48,577 nt of DNA from the IMG/VR virus record IMGVR_UViG_3300032293_002271, positions 1 to 48,577 of that record, one strand, 5' to 3'. Every line of letters begins with the position of its first letter. Position 1 is the stretch's first letter. The DNA is from a virus (lineage: Duplodnaviria; Caudoviricetes). Of the stretch, positions 14,927 through 24,127 are shown piece by piece. The notes beneath the pieces were generated by a model that was not told where the DNA came from, searched no databases, and saw nothing but the letters and a program-made list of their open reading frames with translations. Position numbers and translations under genes: made by a program.

Positions 14927-15523
14927 TTACTGTAATTCTTCCCAGATCCAGCCAACTTGGTAGCCGTCAATGAAACAAGGAATGCCAAGAGATTCCATCA
15001 GTTCATAAATAAGACGGCCCTTTCCTAAGCGTTGACCTTGCGGGGATTTAATGTTGTCATCAACAATGATTAGGGTGCCAGGGTTGATGATGTTTTTAGC
15101 AGCAAACAACTCTTTGAGGTGGTGAGCAGACGCTGCCCAATCATTGTTCCAGTCGGTGATGTTATACGAGTCCAAGTACAACAGATCACAGCGCCCCTCC
15201 AGTGTGCCAAGGAACTCGACTGAATCGGACTCGATAACCTCAGTGTTATTGCTGGTGCTTGCAGTAGCTAGTTCACAAGCCTCTGGATCAATGTCAACTG
15301 AAATCAGTTGGCCGCCATGGCAGTTTACGTAGGTGTCAAAGAGAAGAGTGGAGCAGCCATCGCCTGTGTAGTTGTTTTCCTCTCGGTAGGTACCTGTTTC
15401 AATAATGATGGGGTTTTGGACCCCATTTAGGTGATCAAAAATTTTTTGGAAGCCGTTAGTCCGAGCGCCAAGCTTGGGTTTGATCTCAGAAAAATACGTA
15501 GTCCAGTCCGTTGCTTGGGTCAC
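14927..15523 (-). CDS. Class I SAM-dependent methyltransferase (Methyltransf_24-like)
   Basis: IIETGT, SVDID, DSVEFL, DLLYLDS and GTLIIVDD motifs. Confidence 0.8.
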   Translation of the reverse strand: MTQATDWTTYFSEIKPKLGARTNGFQKIFDHLNGVQNPIIIETGTYREENNYTGDGCSTLLFDTYVNCHGGQLISVDIDPEACELATASTSNNTEVIESDSVEFLGTLEGRCDLLYLDSYNITDWNNDWAASAHHLKELFAAKNIINPGTLIIVDDNIKSPQGQRLGKGRLIYELMESLGIPCFIDGYQVGWIWEELQ

Positions 15524-15681
15524 AGGTCGACTCGGATGTATTCAATATCCTTGGATTGTAACCCCAATTCAAACGCATCGGCTTCAATCGTTTCAACATC
15601 ATCAAAAAGGCGTTGATTCAAAAGGCCGGTGCGCTCTTCGTCATCAATGTCGTAATAAAATCTAGTGAGATTAATAGACAC
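15520..15681 (-). CDS. 53 aa acidic hypothetical protein (not in ORF track)
   Basis: GTG start; MSINLTRFYYDIDDEER...IEYIRVDL; fills the gap with overlaps at both ends. Confidence 0.55.
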   Translation of the reverse strand: MSINLTRFYYDIDDEERTGLLNQRLFDDVETIEADAFELGLQSKDIEYIRVDL

Positions 15682-15910
15682 CTATAAACTCCCAAATGGA
15701 TTTGTGGGTCACAAGCTCCCATTGAAGGATGAAAAGCACAGCAAGCATAGCAGCTCTGCCATTGACACGTTCGGCGTACCAAAGGTAATCCTCGGGGTGA
15801 GTCGGTATGGTGGTTAGGTTGAGGTCGGGGCAATAATTATTGACAATTTCTTGGACGATCCAGGAGATGCAGTTGTACCAACCCTTGATCCAGAGTACGG
15901 CTTTGTTCAT
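15671..15910 (-). CDS. hli: High-light-inducible protein (one-helix LHC-like)
   Basis: AERVNGRAAMLAVLFILQWELVT chlorophyll-binding motif ExxNGRxAM. Confidence 0.85.
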   Translation of the reverse strand: MNKAVLWIKGWYNCISWIVQEIVNNYCPDLNLTTIPTHPEDYLWYAERVNGRAAMLAVLFILQWELVTHKSIWEFIGVY

Positions 15911-16011
15911 TGGTTTCTGAAAACTTCGGCAACAAACAGGTAGGCGTCAAGCCCTACTACAAGAACAATAGCGGTAATCAGCCACATAATTGTCCGCCTT
16001 TGGTCTTCCAT
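15907..16011 (-). CDS. 34 aa single-TM peptide
   Basis: MEDQRRTIMWLITAIVLVVGLDAYLFVAEVFRNQ; ATGA overlap with hli. Confidence 0.5.
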   Translation of the reverse strand: MEDQRRTIMWLITAIVLVVGLDAYLFVAEVFRNQ

Positions 16012-16060
16012 CAATCACCAGGCATATACGCTAGGATAGCAGGAATATACAAAACCTTCA

Positions 16061-16915
16061 ATGGTTGGTAGAATTGAAACAAGCGATCCATGGTCGCTGA
16101 AATATCAAGAGCAGCCAGAGTTGATGCGGGAGCTAAACAGCCGCCCCGCCCGTATTACAATTAACGGAAAGCGACATTACCATACACCGTTTGTAACAGG
16201 GCCGGCGCCATCGGTCACAACAATAATCTCAGAGACGGCCTCCGAAGCAAATAAACGGAAGCTGGAGATGTGGAGTAAGAACAATCCAGGCGTAAAAGAA
16301 GCTGCTGCCGAACGTGGTACAGCTATCCACTATGGCATGGAATGCTACTTAAAAGGAGATAAAAACCCTGAAATTGCTGAGGAGCACCAAGACTTTTGGG
16401 CTGGTATGCCAGGGATTCTTGATCAGTTTGACGAGGTGTTGTGGGCTGAAACCCCCTTGCTCGACAAACATCAGTTTACTTTATCAGACGATGGTATCGG
16501 TAGGGTTTGGGCACATGATGATGAGGGTAGGGCATGGGTTGGTTCACCTGACATCATTGGTGTTGTAGGAAACAAACTGACGCTTGCCGACCTTAAAACC
16601 AGTGTCAAACCTTACAGTCGTAAGTGGCCCAAGGATCTGGAGAAGGGGTCGATGGAATGGCGAGACCTCTTAGGTGGTCACATGAAATTTAAAAAAACTT
16701 GCAAGCAACTGGCAGCATACGACCTAGGTATTGAGCAGACTCTTGGGATGCGGGTCCAGCAGGCAGCGATCTTGGTGTCAACGCCTGTACGTACTCAAGT
16801 CTTTAAGATCTCCAGGAAATTTTTAGATTCCTTGAGGGGAGACTGGCTGGCGGTTGTAGAAGAGTACTACAGTCAGATCGAGCGCTGTAATGTCTATGAC
16901 CCTGATTTGATTTGA
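16061..16915 (+). CDS. PD-(D/E)XK exonuclease (Cas4/MGME1-like)
   Basis: PSVTTII, RGTAIH..E, GSPD, LADLKTS, QLAAY motifs. Confidence 0.85.
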   Translation: MVGRIETSDPWSLKYQEQPELMRELNSRPARITINGKRHYHTPFVTGPAPSVTTIISETASEANKRKLEMWSKNNPGVKEAAAERGTAIHYGMECYLKGDKNPEIAEEHQDFWAGMPGILDQFDEVLWAETPLLDKHQFTLSDDGIGRVWAHDDEGRAWVGSPDIIGVVGNKLTLADLKTSVKPYSRKWPKDLEKGSMEWRDLLGGHMKFKKTCKQLAAYDLGIEQTLGMRVQQAAILVSTPVRTQVFKISRKFLDSLRGDWLAVVEEYYSQIERCNVYDPDLI

Positions 16916-16918
16916 GTT

Positions 16919-17098
16919 ATGCCCTGGAACACTAATGACCCCATGGAAAGGCGTAAGCGTATTGCCTGGTCTGTCGCAACTTCGTCTTGCATTGAGACCA
17001 GGCAGGATCCTGTAGAGGTCTACAACAGGCTGATGGACGAATGGGATGACGTTGATAAGTACGGACATACCATATTGGATGAGTCCAATAAGACTTAG
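16919..17098 (+). CDS. 59 aa hypothetical protein
   Basis: MPWNTNDPMERRKRIAWSVA...; starts 3 nt after the exonuclease stop. Confidence 0.55.
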   Translation: MPWNTNDPMERRKRIAWSVATSSCIETRQDPVEVYNRLMDEWDDVDKYGHTILDESNKT

Positions 17099-17172
17099 TG
17101 ATTTAATGAAATCTTGATGGTCCCCCCAGATTGGGCGGCCTAGGATAAAGAGACACACAAGTCAAACCTCCT

Positions 17173-17364
17173 ATGGAAATCCACCTGGTTTCCGTAGGCG
17201 AGTGGATGAATGCGCTCCAAAATCGCATGATGAATGCGATGGACGGGGATTGTTTTCTCTTGCCTACATACATGCATCTCCATGCATTTACCATCCTCAA
17301 GGATGGGATGTTCGCCGAGCGAGACTTTAAAGTAGAACTACAAAACACCAAGGAAGCCCAATGA
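17173..17364 (+). CDS. Hypothetical protein
   Basis: 63 aa, ATGA-coupled to the primase. Confidence 0.6.
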   Translation: MEIHLVSVGEWMNALQNRMMNAMDGDCFLLPTYMHLHAFTILKDGMFAERDFKVELQNTKEAQ

Positions 17365-20000
17365 ACGCAAACCAACAACTCCTCAAGCCCGGCGAAATTC
17401 GTCTCGACTATATCCCCATTGATTGGCCCTTAACACCCTTAGGCGGCAACAAGGATCCTTATATCGCAGGCTGGCAAAACAAACCCTTTAGCGTACGAGA
17501 AATTGAAGAAGAACTTACCACAGGGGACTGCAAAGCCATCGGGCTACTGGGTGGGCCTGTTTACAACCATCCTTATGGTTTGGTGTGGGTGGATGTTGAT
17601 GGTCCGAGTGTCTACAAGCTACTCGAAGACATCTCCGGATTACCCCTACAAGACGCACTGCCGCCAACCCTGACCATTTTCAGTGGCAAAATTGGACGCG
17701 AACGGAAACTGTATCGGTTAGACCGAGAAAAACACAAGCATTTTGCGCGTAACAAATATACGTGGCATGCAGAGGAAGACAAAGAAAAGCTTGAGATCTT
17801 GTGGAAGAAACACCAAGGCGTGCTAATGGGTCTGCACCCTGAAACGGATGGTTACTTTACGGGAGACAGCTGTGGTTTTGAGTGGTCCCAGCAACTGCCT
17901 GAACTTCCGGAATGGCTTTTGAATGCCATCATCAACAAGAATGTCAAGCAGGGAATCCCCTCGACTGAGATCAGTCGTGTCGTAATGCCAGGTAGCGTTG
18001 TTCACAGTGTGATCAGCGTTGACCGCGACATGAAGCTAGCCGTCAAGGCAATGTGGGCCTTGCCTCCGGAAGCTGCAGACGATTATGACATCTGGATCAT
18101 GATCGGTCAGTCGCTCCACAGCTTGGACGAATCTTTGCTAGATGACTGGGATGACTGGTCACAACAATCGGATAAGTATCGGGAAGGTGAGTGTCACAAA
18201 CGGTGGCTTTCCTTCAGTAAGGGTGGTGGTCGTGGTATTGGCACTCTCATCCAGACTGCCCAGGAGCACGGCTTTGTGGTGCCCCAGGACTACCGGGCAG
18301 AGAGCGTGGATGACGAGACGCTTGAAGCTGCGGCGGCGGCACTGAAGGCCCTGGAAGACGCAGAGCAAATGGTCGTAACAATTCCTAAAGAAAAAGAAGA
18401 GCGTTCGATGTCCAGTGTTGGGCATATTGCTAACTCGCTAGAGGAAGCAATTGCCATGGGCGAAGACGTTAAAACGGCGGATGGCAACAAACGTGGTCCG
18501 TCTACCTCTGAAATTGTCGACGTACTCCTCAGTAAATACAAAGGCGGTGTTTTGTACAGCCTGCCGCATAACCAATTCTTTGTTTACGACACTCGCCGTA
18601 ATGTCTGGTCGCCTCTAACAAAGATTGAAACACTGGGCAAGATCCGTCACGACCTCACAATGCTTGGCGATTTCCTTAAGAAAGGCTTTACGTCAAACAT
18701 GATGAATGATGTTTTCATTCAACTCCAGGCTGCATTGGCATTTAGTGAGTGGTATGACGGCACTGACTACTTACTGTTTACGAATGGCATCTTGAATGTT
18801 GAGACGCGTGAACTGCTTCCGTTTAATCGGAACATGTACATGACTCAACAAATGCCCTATGAGTATGACCCGTCTGCTACTTGTGAACCCATTGTCCAGT
18901 GGCTGAAACATACCCAACAGGACAGTTGGAAACGTACGCAAGTATTGCGTGCATGGCTGAGGGCAACACTTTTGGGTCGCTACGAAACCCAGAAGTTCCT
19001 TGAGATTGTAGGCCCAGGTAAATCAGGTAAATCCACTTATGCAAACCTTGCTGTTGCATTGGTTGGTAAAGCGAACTGCTACTCCACTGATATGGAGAAC
19101 CTGGAGAAAAACCGATTTGAAGCCGCATACTGTTTCAATAAAAAGCTGTTGCTGTTCCAGGATGCAGACCGTTGGGGTGGCTCCGTATCAAAACTGAAGG
19201 CGATCACAGGTTGTGACTGGATTCGTGCTGAGCGTAAGTATCAGGGCGACGCAATGGATCCGTTCCAGTACCACGGTGTTGTCATCATTACTGCCAACGA
19301 AGCTATTCAGTCAACTGACTACACTTCTGGTCTTGCTCGTCGGCGTCTTACTGTTCCGTTCGATCGTCCATTTGAAGGTGGACAATCGGAACAAAAGGAA
19401 CTAATTAAGTTTGATACCAAGGGCAATCCGCAGGGTGTATTTGCGCCACTGCTTCCAGGTCTCGTGAACTGGGTCCTGGATATGAATGAGGATGAGATGC
19501 GTTCTCTACTGATGGAAACCAGTCAACACGTGCCGTTCTTCCAGAAGTATGAGAAAGCTCAATCCTTACGCTCAAACCCAATGCTTGATTGGCTCGATAG
19601 CAAAGTGGTATTTGAACCAAATGCTTCGACTCCTGTTGGATACTGCAAGGTTGCGACTGGTGGTGGGTCAGGTGTCTATTTGAATTGGGGTACGTGGCTG
19701 TATCCAAGCTATGCAGAATTCTGTCGTAGCTGTAATGTCGGCATTATTTCGCGTGCTCGTTTTGAAGTTCTACTGATGGACATCCTCCAGCATCAGTTAA
19801 AGCTTCATGCGTACACCATGAAGAATACGGCAGGTCTTCGCGTTAACAACGTTGCAATCAGGGACAGCAAAGAAGATTACAAGAACTATCCTTCGATTGT
19901 TGAGTTGGCTGCAAACCCAGATGAACACAGGGCTTTTTATGGGGCTATCAAAATCAAGGCTGCTGATGCGAAGATAGAGGATATGCCTGCCGAAACGTGA
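17361..20000 (+). CDS. Bifunctional primase-polymerase / PriCT-2 / D5-type SF3 helicase
   Basis: WPLTP..KDP..GWQ, VDVD, HPETDGY; DYDIWIMIG.SLH...WSQQSDKY; FTNGILN; Walker A GPGKSGKST; ITAN; RRL.VPF. Confidence 0.9.
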   Translation: MNANQQLLKPGEIRLDYIPIDWPLTPLGGNKDPYIAGWQNKPFSVREIEEELTTGDCKAIGLLGGPVYNHPYGLVWVDVDGPSVYKLLEDISGLPLQDALPPTLTIFSGKIGRERKLYRLDREKHKHFARNKYTWHAEEDKEKLEILWKKHQGVLMGLHPETDGYFTGDSCGFEWSQQLPELPEWLLNAIINKNVKQGIPSTEISRVVMPGSVVHSVISVDRDMKLAVKAMWALPPEAADDYDIWIMIGQSLHSLDESLLDDWDDWSQQSDKYREGECHKRWLSFSKGGGRGIGTLIQTAQEHGFVVPQDYRAESVDDETLEAAAAALKALEDAEQMVVTIPKEKEERSMSSVGHIANSLEEAIAMGEDVKTADGNKRGPSTSEIVDVLLSKYKGGVLYSLPHNQFFVYDTRRNVWSPLTKIETLGKIRHDLTMLGDFLKKGFTSNMMNDVFIQLQAALAFSEWYDGTDYLLFTNGILNVETRELLPFNRNMYMTQQMPYEYDPSATCEPIVQWLKHTQQDSWKRTQVLRAWLRATLLGRYETQKFLEIVGPGKSGKSTYANLAVALVGKANCYSTDMENLEKNRFEAAYCFNKKLLLFQDADRWGGSVSKLKAITGCDWIRAERKYQGDAMDPFQYHGVVIITANEAIQSTDYTSGLARRRLTVPFDRPFEGGQSEQKELIKFDTKGNPQGVFAPLLPGLVNWVLDMNEDEMRSLLMETSQHVPFFQKYEKAQSLRSNPMLDWLDSKVVFEPNASTPVGYCKVATGGGSGVYLNWGTWLYPSYAEFCRSCNVGIISRARFEVLLMDILQHQLKLHAYTMKNTAGLRVNNVAIRDSKEDYKNYPSIVELAANPDEHRAFYGAIKIKAADAKIEDMPAET

Positions 20001-20350
20001 GCAACGGACGCCACTTAATTCTGGATCTGTACGACTGTGATCCAGATATTTTGAACGACTACGAGGAGCTTCAGCGTTTGCTTGAGGCTTCTCTTGTCAT
20101 GGCAAAGGCAAATATCCTGCGCATCATTGGTGAGAAGTTTAAACCACAAGGTGTGACACTACTTGCCTTGTTGGCTGAATCCCATGCATCTGTCCATACG
20201 TGGCCGGAGATTGGGTATGCGGCAATTGATTTGTATACGTGTGGCGATACTACAGAAACGCATCGCGCGGCTGAGTTCCTAAAAACAAAACTCAAGGCAA
20301 AAACATCGGAAGAAAAAGAACTTGTACGGTCGATTGCACCAAGTAATTAG
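19997..20350 (+). CDS. speD: S-adenosylmethionine decarboxylase proenzyme
   Basis: GRHLILDLYDC, FKPQGVT, LAESHASVHTWPE (ESH cleavage site), DLYTCG. Confidence 0.95.
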   Translation: MSNGRHLILDLYDCDPDILNDYEELQRLLEASLVMAKANILRIIGEKFKPQGVTLLALLAESHASVHTWPEIGYAAIDLYTCGDTTETHRAAEFLKTKLKAKTSEEKELVRSIAPSN

Positions 20351-20379
20351 GTATAGTTAAACGAGATATCTTCAATTAA

Positions 20380-21651
20380 ATGAGTCAAAAACCAAAACTT
20401 TTGTGGGCTGGTGACATTGTTGCCATGACCGGTTTTGCCCGTGTCACGGAAAACGTACTGAAACACCTAAAAGATAAATTTGAAATCGTAGTGCTTGGTC
20501 ATAACTGGTGGGGTGACCCCTGTGACCAGCAGAAGGAATACAAGATGTATCCTTCGTCTAATCGATTCCAAACTGCACCGTTTGGTGAGCAACGGATTCG
20601 TGAAGTTGTTGAGCGTGAGCGGCCTGACATCGTATTCACAATCAACGATATGTGGATCATTAATGAACAGTACAAACAAATCCAAGATTTGCACAAAGCT
20701 GGTAACTTTAAGTTTGTTGGTTATGCACCAATGGATTCGTATGGTTGGACAGGTTGCCTGTCAGATACCGCCAATGATTGGGATGCCGTAATCTCGTACA
20801 CGGAATTTGGTGCGTACGAATTTATTAAAGGTGGTATCACCAAGCCGATTGCGGTAATTCCTCATGGTGTGACACCAGGGCAGTTCTATCCCAAGGACAA
20901 AGCTGAATGTCGCAAAGCGCTTGGCTTGTCGCCGGATAATTTTATTGTGTTCAACGGAAACAGGAATCAGTTCCGTAAACGGATCGACATCACAATCCAA
21001 GGTTTTGCCAAATTTGCCGTGGGTCGGCCCGATACAAAACTGTATCTGCACATGGGCCTTAAGGACCAGGGCTGGGACATTATGCAGATCTTTGCACGTG
21101 AGATGCAACGGGTTGGTCTTGACCCGAACAATCGCATCATCATGACGACGCAAACGGAAGGCCCTCCGAACGTTGAGGTGGACATGCTTAACACCATCTA
21201 TAACGCTGTCGATGTCGGCGTCAATACGTGCAAGGGTGAGGGCTGGGGCCTTGTCAACTTTGAGCACGCTGCCTGCAAGGTGGCTCAGGTAGTGCCAGAC
21301 CATACGTCCTGTAAAGAAATTTTTGATGGGTATGGCGAGTTAATTCGTTGTGATCACGTTGATTGTGACACAAATTATGGTCGTGAGATGCCGTGCCCTT
21401 CTTCAGATCACCTGGCAGAAATCTTGGAACAGTTGTACGAACTGCCTGATGTCCGCAAGCAGATCGGTGAACGCTGCTACGAACGTGTGACGGATTCTCA
21501 ATTCTCATGGAAAACAGTTGCGTCTCAATTTGGTGGCATCTTTGAGGATGTACTGCGCCAAGGGGAAGGGGAAGTCTCGAGTGAGACACCAAAACCTAAG
21601 AAGTCGCGCAAGGAGCGGGGCAAACGTGTGCTTGCGGGTAGCGCTACGTAA
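20380..21651 (+). CDS. GT-B glycosyltransferase (GT4-like)
   Basis: TGFARV, IPHGV, NRNQFRKRID, IYNAVDV, GEGWGLVNFEHAAC. Confidence 0.85.
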   Translation: MSQKPKLLWAGDIVAMTGFARVTENVLKHLKDKFEIVVLGHNWWGDPCDQQKEYKMYPSSNRFQTAPFGEQRIREVVERERPDIVFTINDMWIINEQYKQIQDLHKAGNFKFVGYAPMDSYGWTGCLSDTANDWDAVISYTEFGAYEFIKGGITKPIAVIPHGVTPGQFYPKDKAECRKALGLSPDNFIVFNGNRNQFRKRIDITIQGFAKFAVGRPDTKLYLHMGLKDQGWDIMQIFAREMQRVGLDPNNRIIMTTQTEGPPNVEVDMLNTIYNAVDVGVNTCKGEGWGLVNFEHAACKVAQVVPDHTSCKEIFDGYGELIRCDHVDCDTNYGREMPCPSSDHLAEILEQLYELPDVRKQIGERCYERVTDSQFSWKTVASQFGGIFEDVLRQGEGEVSSETPKPKKSRKERGKRVLAGSAT

Positions 21652-21672
21652 GTACAAGGGTACTGGTACCAA

Positions 21673-21700
21673 GGCCTCCACGTCAGGTGGGGGCTTTTTT
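21673..21700 (+). terminator. Intrinsic terminator
   Basis: GCCTCCAC-GTCAG-GTGGGGGC followed by T6. Confidence 0.8.
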
Positions 21701-21715
21701 GTGGCGAGAAGTGGG

Positions 21716-22075
21716 GTATAGCTGGAAAACACCCCCTTATTTTTGCCGCTATACAGATGATTCATCTAGTTCTTAGGAAAAACGAACTTATGGATAAGTT
21801 AGGTTTTGTCGCCAGGTTGGTCATGTATAGCTGGAGAATTCTGACGGATCAGTCTTAAGATGAGACGGTGGCGAGAACACCGGGGGTACGGGGGATACAA
21901 ATGTACTAGAGGTAAAAGGTCGAAATTACCCGCTATACATGCACAACTTTTCCAGAAAACCTAACTTATCCATAAGTTCGTTTTTCTTAGAGATAAGTTC
22001 AATTAAGCGTATAGCGGGAAAAAAATCGAGGATTTACCCGCTATACCTTACTTTTGCCCCCATTTACCGCTATAC
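21716..22075. repeat. Dyad-symmetric iteron/inverted-repeat array, candidate replication origin
   Basis: Perfect 31 bp IR (21777-21807 / 21956-21986) plus seven GCTATAC-core repeats, six of them in mirrored positions. Confidence 0.8.
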
Positions 22076-22126
22076 TTGGGTGGTCGATTCCTTCAACTCA
22101 CCTCAGTGCGCACCTACACCGACCAA

Positions 22127-22513
22127 ATGCCCCTCTGGTACATCCAAGAACGCCTGGCGCTTTCGGATGAATTCCCCAGTGCCCTGGTCTGGACCATGTC
22201 TTTCCAGCGCCACAAAGCTGGGGATATGGCTGGCAGGTTGGATCGCGTGCATGGCGTGTACAAGGTGTGGCTCTGTGGCACTCCCTACGTGGCGCACAGG
22301 ATCGTGTACTACCTACGCACTGGTGAAGACCCTGGCGCAGCAGACGTAATCCACGGTGAAGACAACCCTGAGAAGGACAACAGGAAGGAGTTGGTCTTGC
22401 GCCAGAGGAAGGCGCACAATCCCGTCAAACGCTCGTATTGCCGCACCGCAGTCAAGCTTGGCTTAAGCGACGTGGATGTCATTGCAATGAACGAAAAACT
22501 ACTGGAGGTTTAA
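22127..22513 (+). CDS. HNH-like protein, degenerate
   Basis: AGRLD..G.YKV..CG.PYVAHRIVYYLRTGEDP..DVIHGEDN..KDNR. Confidence 0.6.
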   Translation: MPLWYIQERLALSDEFPSALVWTMSFQRHKAGDMAGRLDRVHGVYKVWLCGTPYVAHRIVYYLRTGEDPGAADVIHGEDNPEKDNRKELVLRQRKAHNPVKRSYCRTAVKLGLSDVDVIAMNEKLLEV

Positions 22514-22516
22514 GCC

Positions 22517-23260
22517 GTGGCAAATACTTTGGACAATCGTCCCATTCGTCAAGCAGTCCTGGCACCATCGGACTACCCTCCAATACCTGGCATCGACAAG
22601 ATGTCAAAAGAAGAACTTGAATTCCACGGTTACTACAGGGGTTATCCGTGTCTTCATAACCATTCAATACGCGAAAAAACCAAGCATTGGTGCTATCACT
22701 GCGCACAAAAAATCCGCAGTAATATCTGTGGCTTTGATGTCAACTATTTAAGTAGTGACTGTAAACACCAATACGCCAGGATCTGGAAACAAATCCCTGT
22801 AGGGCATGTGGAAGATTGCTGGGAGGCGCCAGGGGTTGCTCGTGCTCGTTATGGGTTACCTTCCTATAGGAATCTGGAGACCAGTAAAACGAATAACAAT
22901 CAAACAGCTCACAAGCTGATCTACCAGTGCGCATGGGGTGATGTGGGATCAATGCGCGTGACGCGTACTTGCGGAAATAAAACTTGCTTAAACCCTTTAC
23001 ATTTGATCACAAGTTGGAACCGAGTGTTCCCCCCTGGCAGCATCCATCCATTTTTTTATGAGTTTGAGTATGAAAAACTAATGCTTTACAGCGAGGCTTG
23101 CCGCCAAGGAATGTCAACAGTATTGACAAAACGTGCGTACAAAAACACTATTCAACACCCTTTAGTGCACAAAAACATCCCCGATTATGATGATGATTAT
23201 GCACAGAATCTGAACTATAATGTCGCGCAATCAGGTTGGCCAACCACAAAGGAACGTTAA
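22517..23260 (+). CDS. His-Me finger/HNH-derived zinc protein, likely inactive
   Basis: C.H.H..CYHC; DCWE; TAHKLIYQ.AWG...VTRTCGNKTCLNPLHL (expected His replaced by Arg). Confidence 0.6.
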   Translation: MANTLDNRPIRQAVLAPSDYPPIPGIDKMSKEELEFHGYYRGYPCLHNHSIREKTKHWCYHCAQKIRSNICGFDVNYLSSDCKHQYARIWKQIPVGHVEDCWEAPGVARARYGLPSYRNLETSKTNNNQTAHKLIYQCAWGDVGSMRVTRTCGNKTCLNPLHLITSWNRVFPPGSIHPFFYEFEYEKLMLYSEACRQGMSTVLTKRAYKNTIQHPLVHKNIPDYDDDYAQNLNYNVAQSGWPTTKER

Positions 23261-23966
23261 TAATCCCTTGGTACTAGGAACCTTTAGTGAAACATCGCTT
23301 CGCTATTTAAAAGGTGCCTTGGGTCCCGTTTCAAAACCTGTGGGCCGCGCGGATACAAATCAACTGTCAAATGGCGGGTTTGGTGGAGGAACTTATAACC
23401 ACTGGTTTCAAATAAACCTAGCTTCTCCCGCGTGGATCATTGTCACCAAGGGACCTCCACGCCCCAAATACATCAATGCTTCCGTGTATGAACTAGATAA
23501 AAATCCAATACAAAGTCATGGTATTTTCCAGGCTGATTCAGTTATTGCCACAGTAGATGGCAGGCTTTCAAAGCCGTATTTAGATACGGTAATGAGTGCT
23601 CAATCTGATTTGGCTAATCAATTTGACAAAGGCCGCTTAGACGGTGGGGACGAGCGTTATGAGGCATTGCCTGTTGGCTCATATTTACTTTGCGTTTCTT
23701 CGACCCGCAATGAACCACTTGAGTATGCGGTTGGTATAGTTATTCAATTCCCCGACAATGAGCCATTAATTGGTCTTGAAGACGACGACAATAGTTTATT
23801 GATCACAGAAGATGACGTTGCTATCCTTGTGGAGATTGAGAATCCTGAACTATACAGTTCTTTTCAAGACCATTCGTTACTAGAATGGCAGAATGCATGG
23901 GAGAGGGAGCATCAAGACACTGATCGTTTCCCTGAAATTTTCATTCCGTTGACGAACAGGCCATGA
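23220..23966 (+). CDS. Hypothetical beta-rich protein, possibly virion-associated
   Basis: 248 aa; beta-sandwich-like pattern (YNHWFQINL..LPVGSYLLCVS). Confidence 0.6.
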   Translation: MSRNQVGQPQRNVNNPLVLGTFSETSLRYLKGALGPVSKPVGRADTNQLSNGGFGGGTYNHWFQINLASPAWIIVTKGPPRPKYINASVYELDKNPIQSHGIFQADSVIATVDGRLSKPYLDTVMSAQSDLANQFDKGRLDGGDERYEALPVGSYLLCVSSTRNEPLEYAVGIVIQFPDNEPLIGLEDDDNSLLITEDDVAILVEIENPELYSSFQDHSLLEWQNAWEREHQDTDRFPEIFIPLTNRP

Positions 23967-24097
23967 TTAAAAAGCTTTTTAAATTAATGGCAAGATTAAA
24001 ACCAGCCAAAAAAACAAAGCACTCACCAACACAAGCCTGGGAAAAATATTGTTATGACAATCCGGACGCGCCGGAGTGTCGCATATACGAAATATAA
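23963..24097 (+). CDS. cp12: CP12-like micro-protein (C-terminal Cys-pair only)
   Basis: MIKKLFKLMARLKPAKKTKHSPTQAWEKYCYDNPDAPECRIYEI; matches the CP12 tail E.YC..NP.A.ECR.Y[DE]. Confidence 0.75.
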   Translation: MIKKLFKLMARLKPAKKTKHSPTQAWEKYCYDNPDAPECRIYEI

Positions 24098-24127
24098 GTT
24101 TTAAAATAAAAGAAACAAAACACAAAC

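Noticed and set aside
21716-22075. CRISPR array or transposon ends
   Set aside because: Repeats are short, inverted and unevenly spaced; no cas or transposase gene. The PD-(D/E)XK gene is a stand-alone phage exonuclease.
21939-22349. 136 aa ORF across the repeat array
   Set aside because: Runs through regulatory repeats and overlaps the better-supported HNH-like frame.
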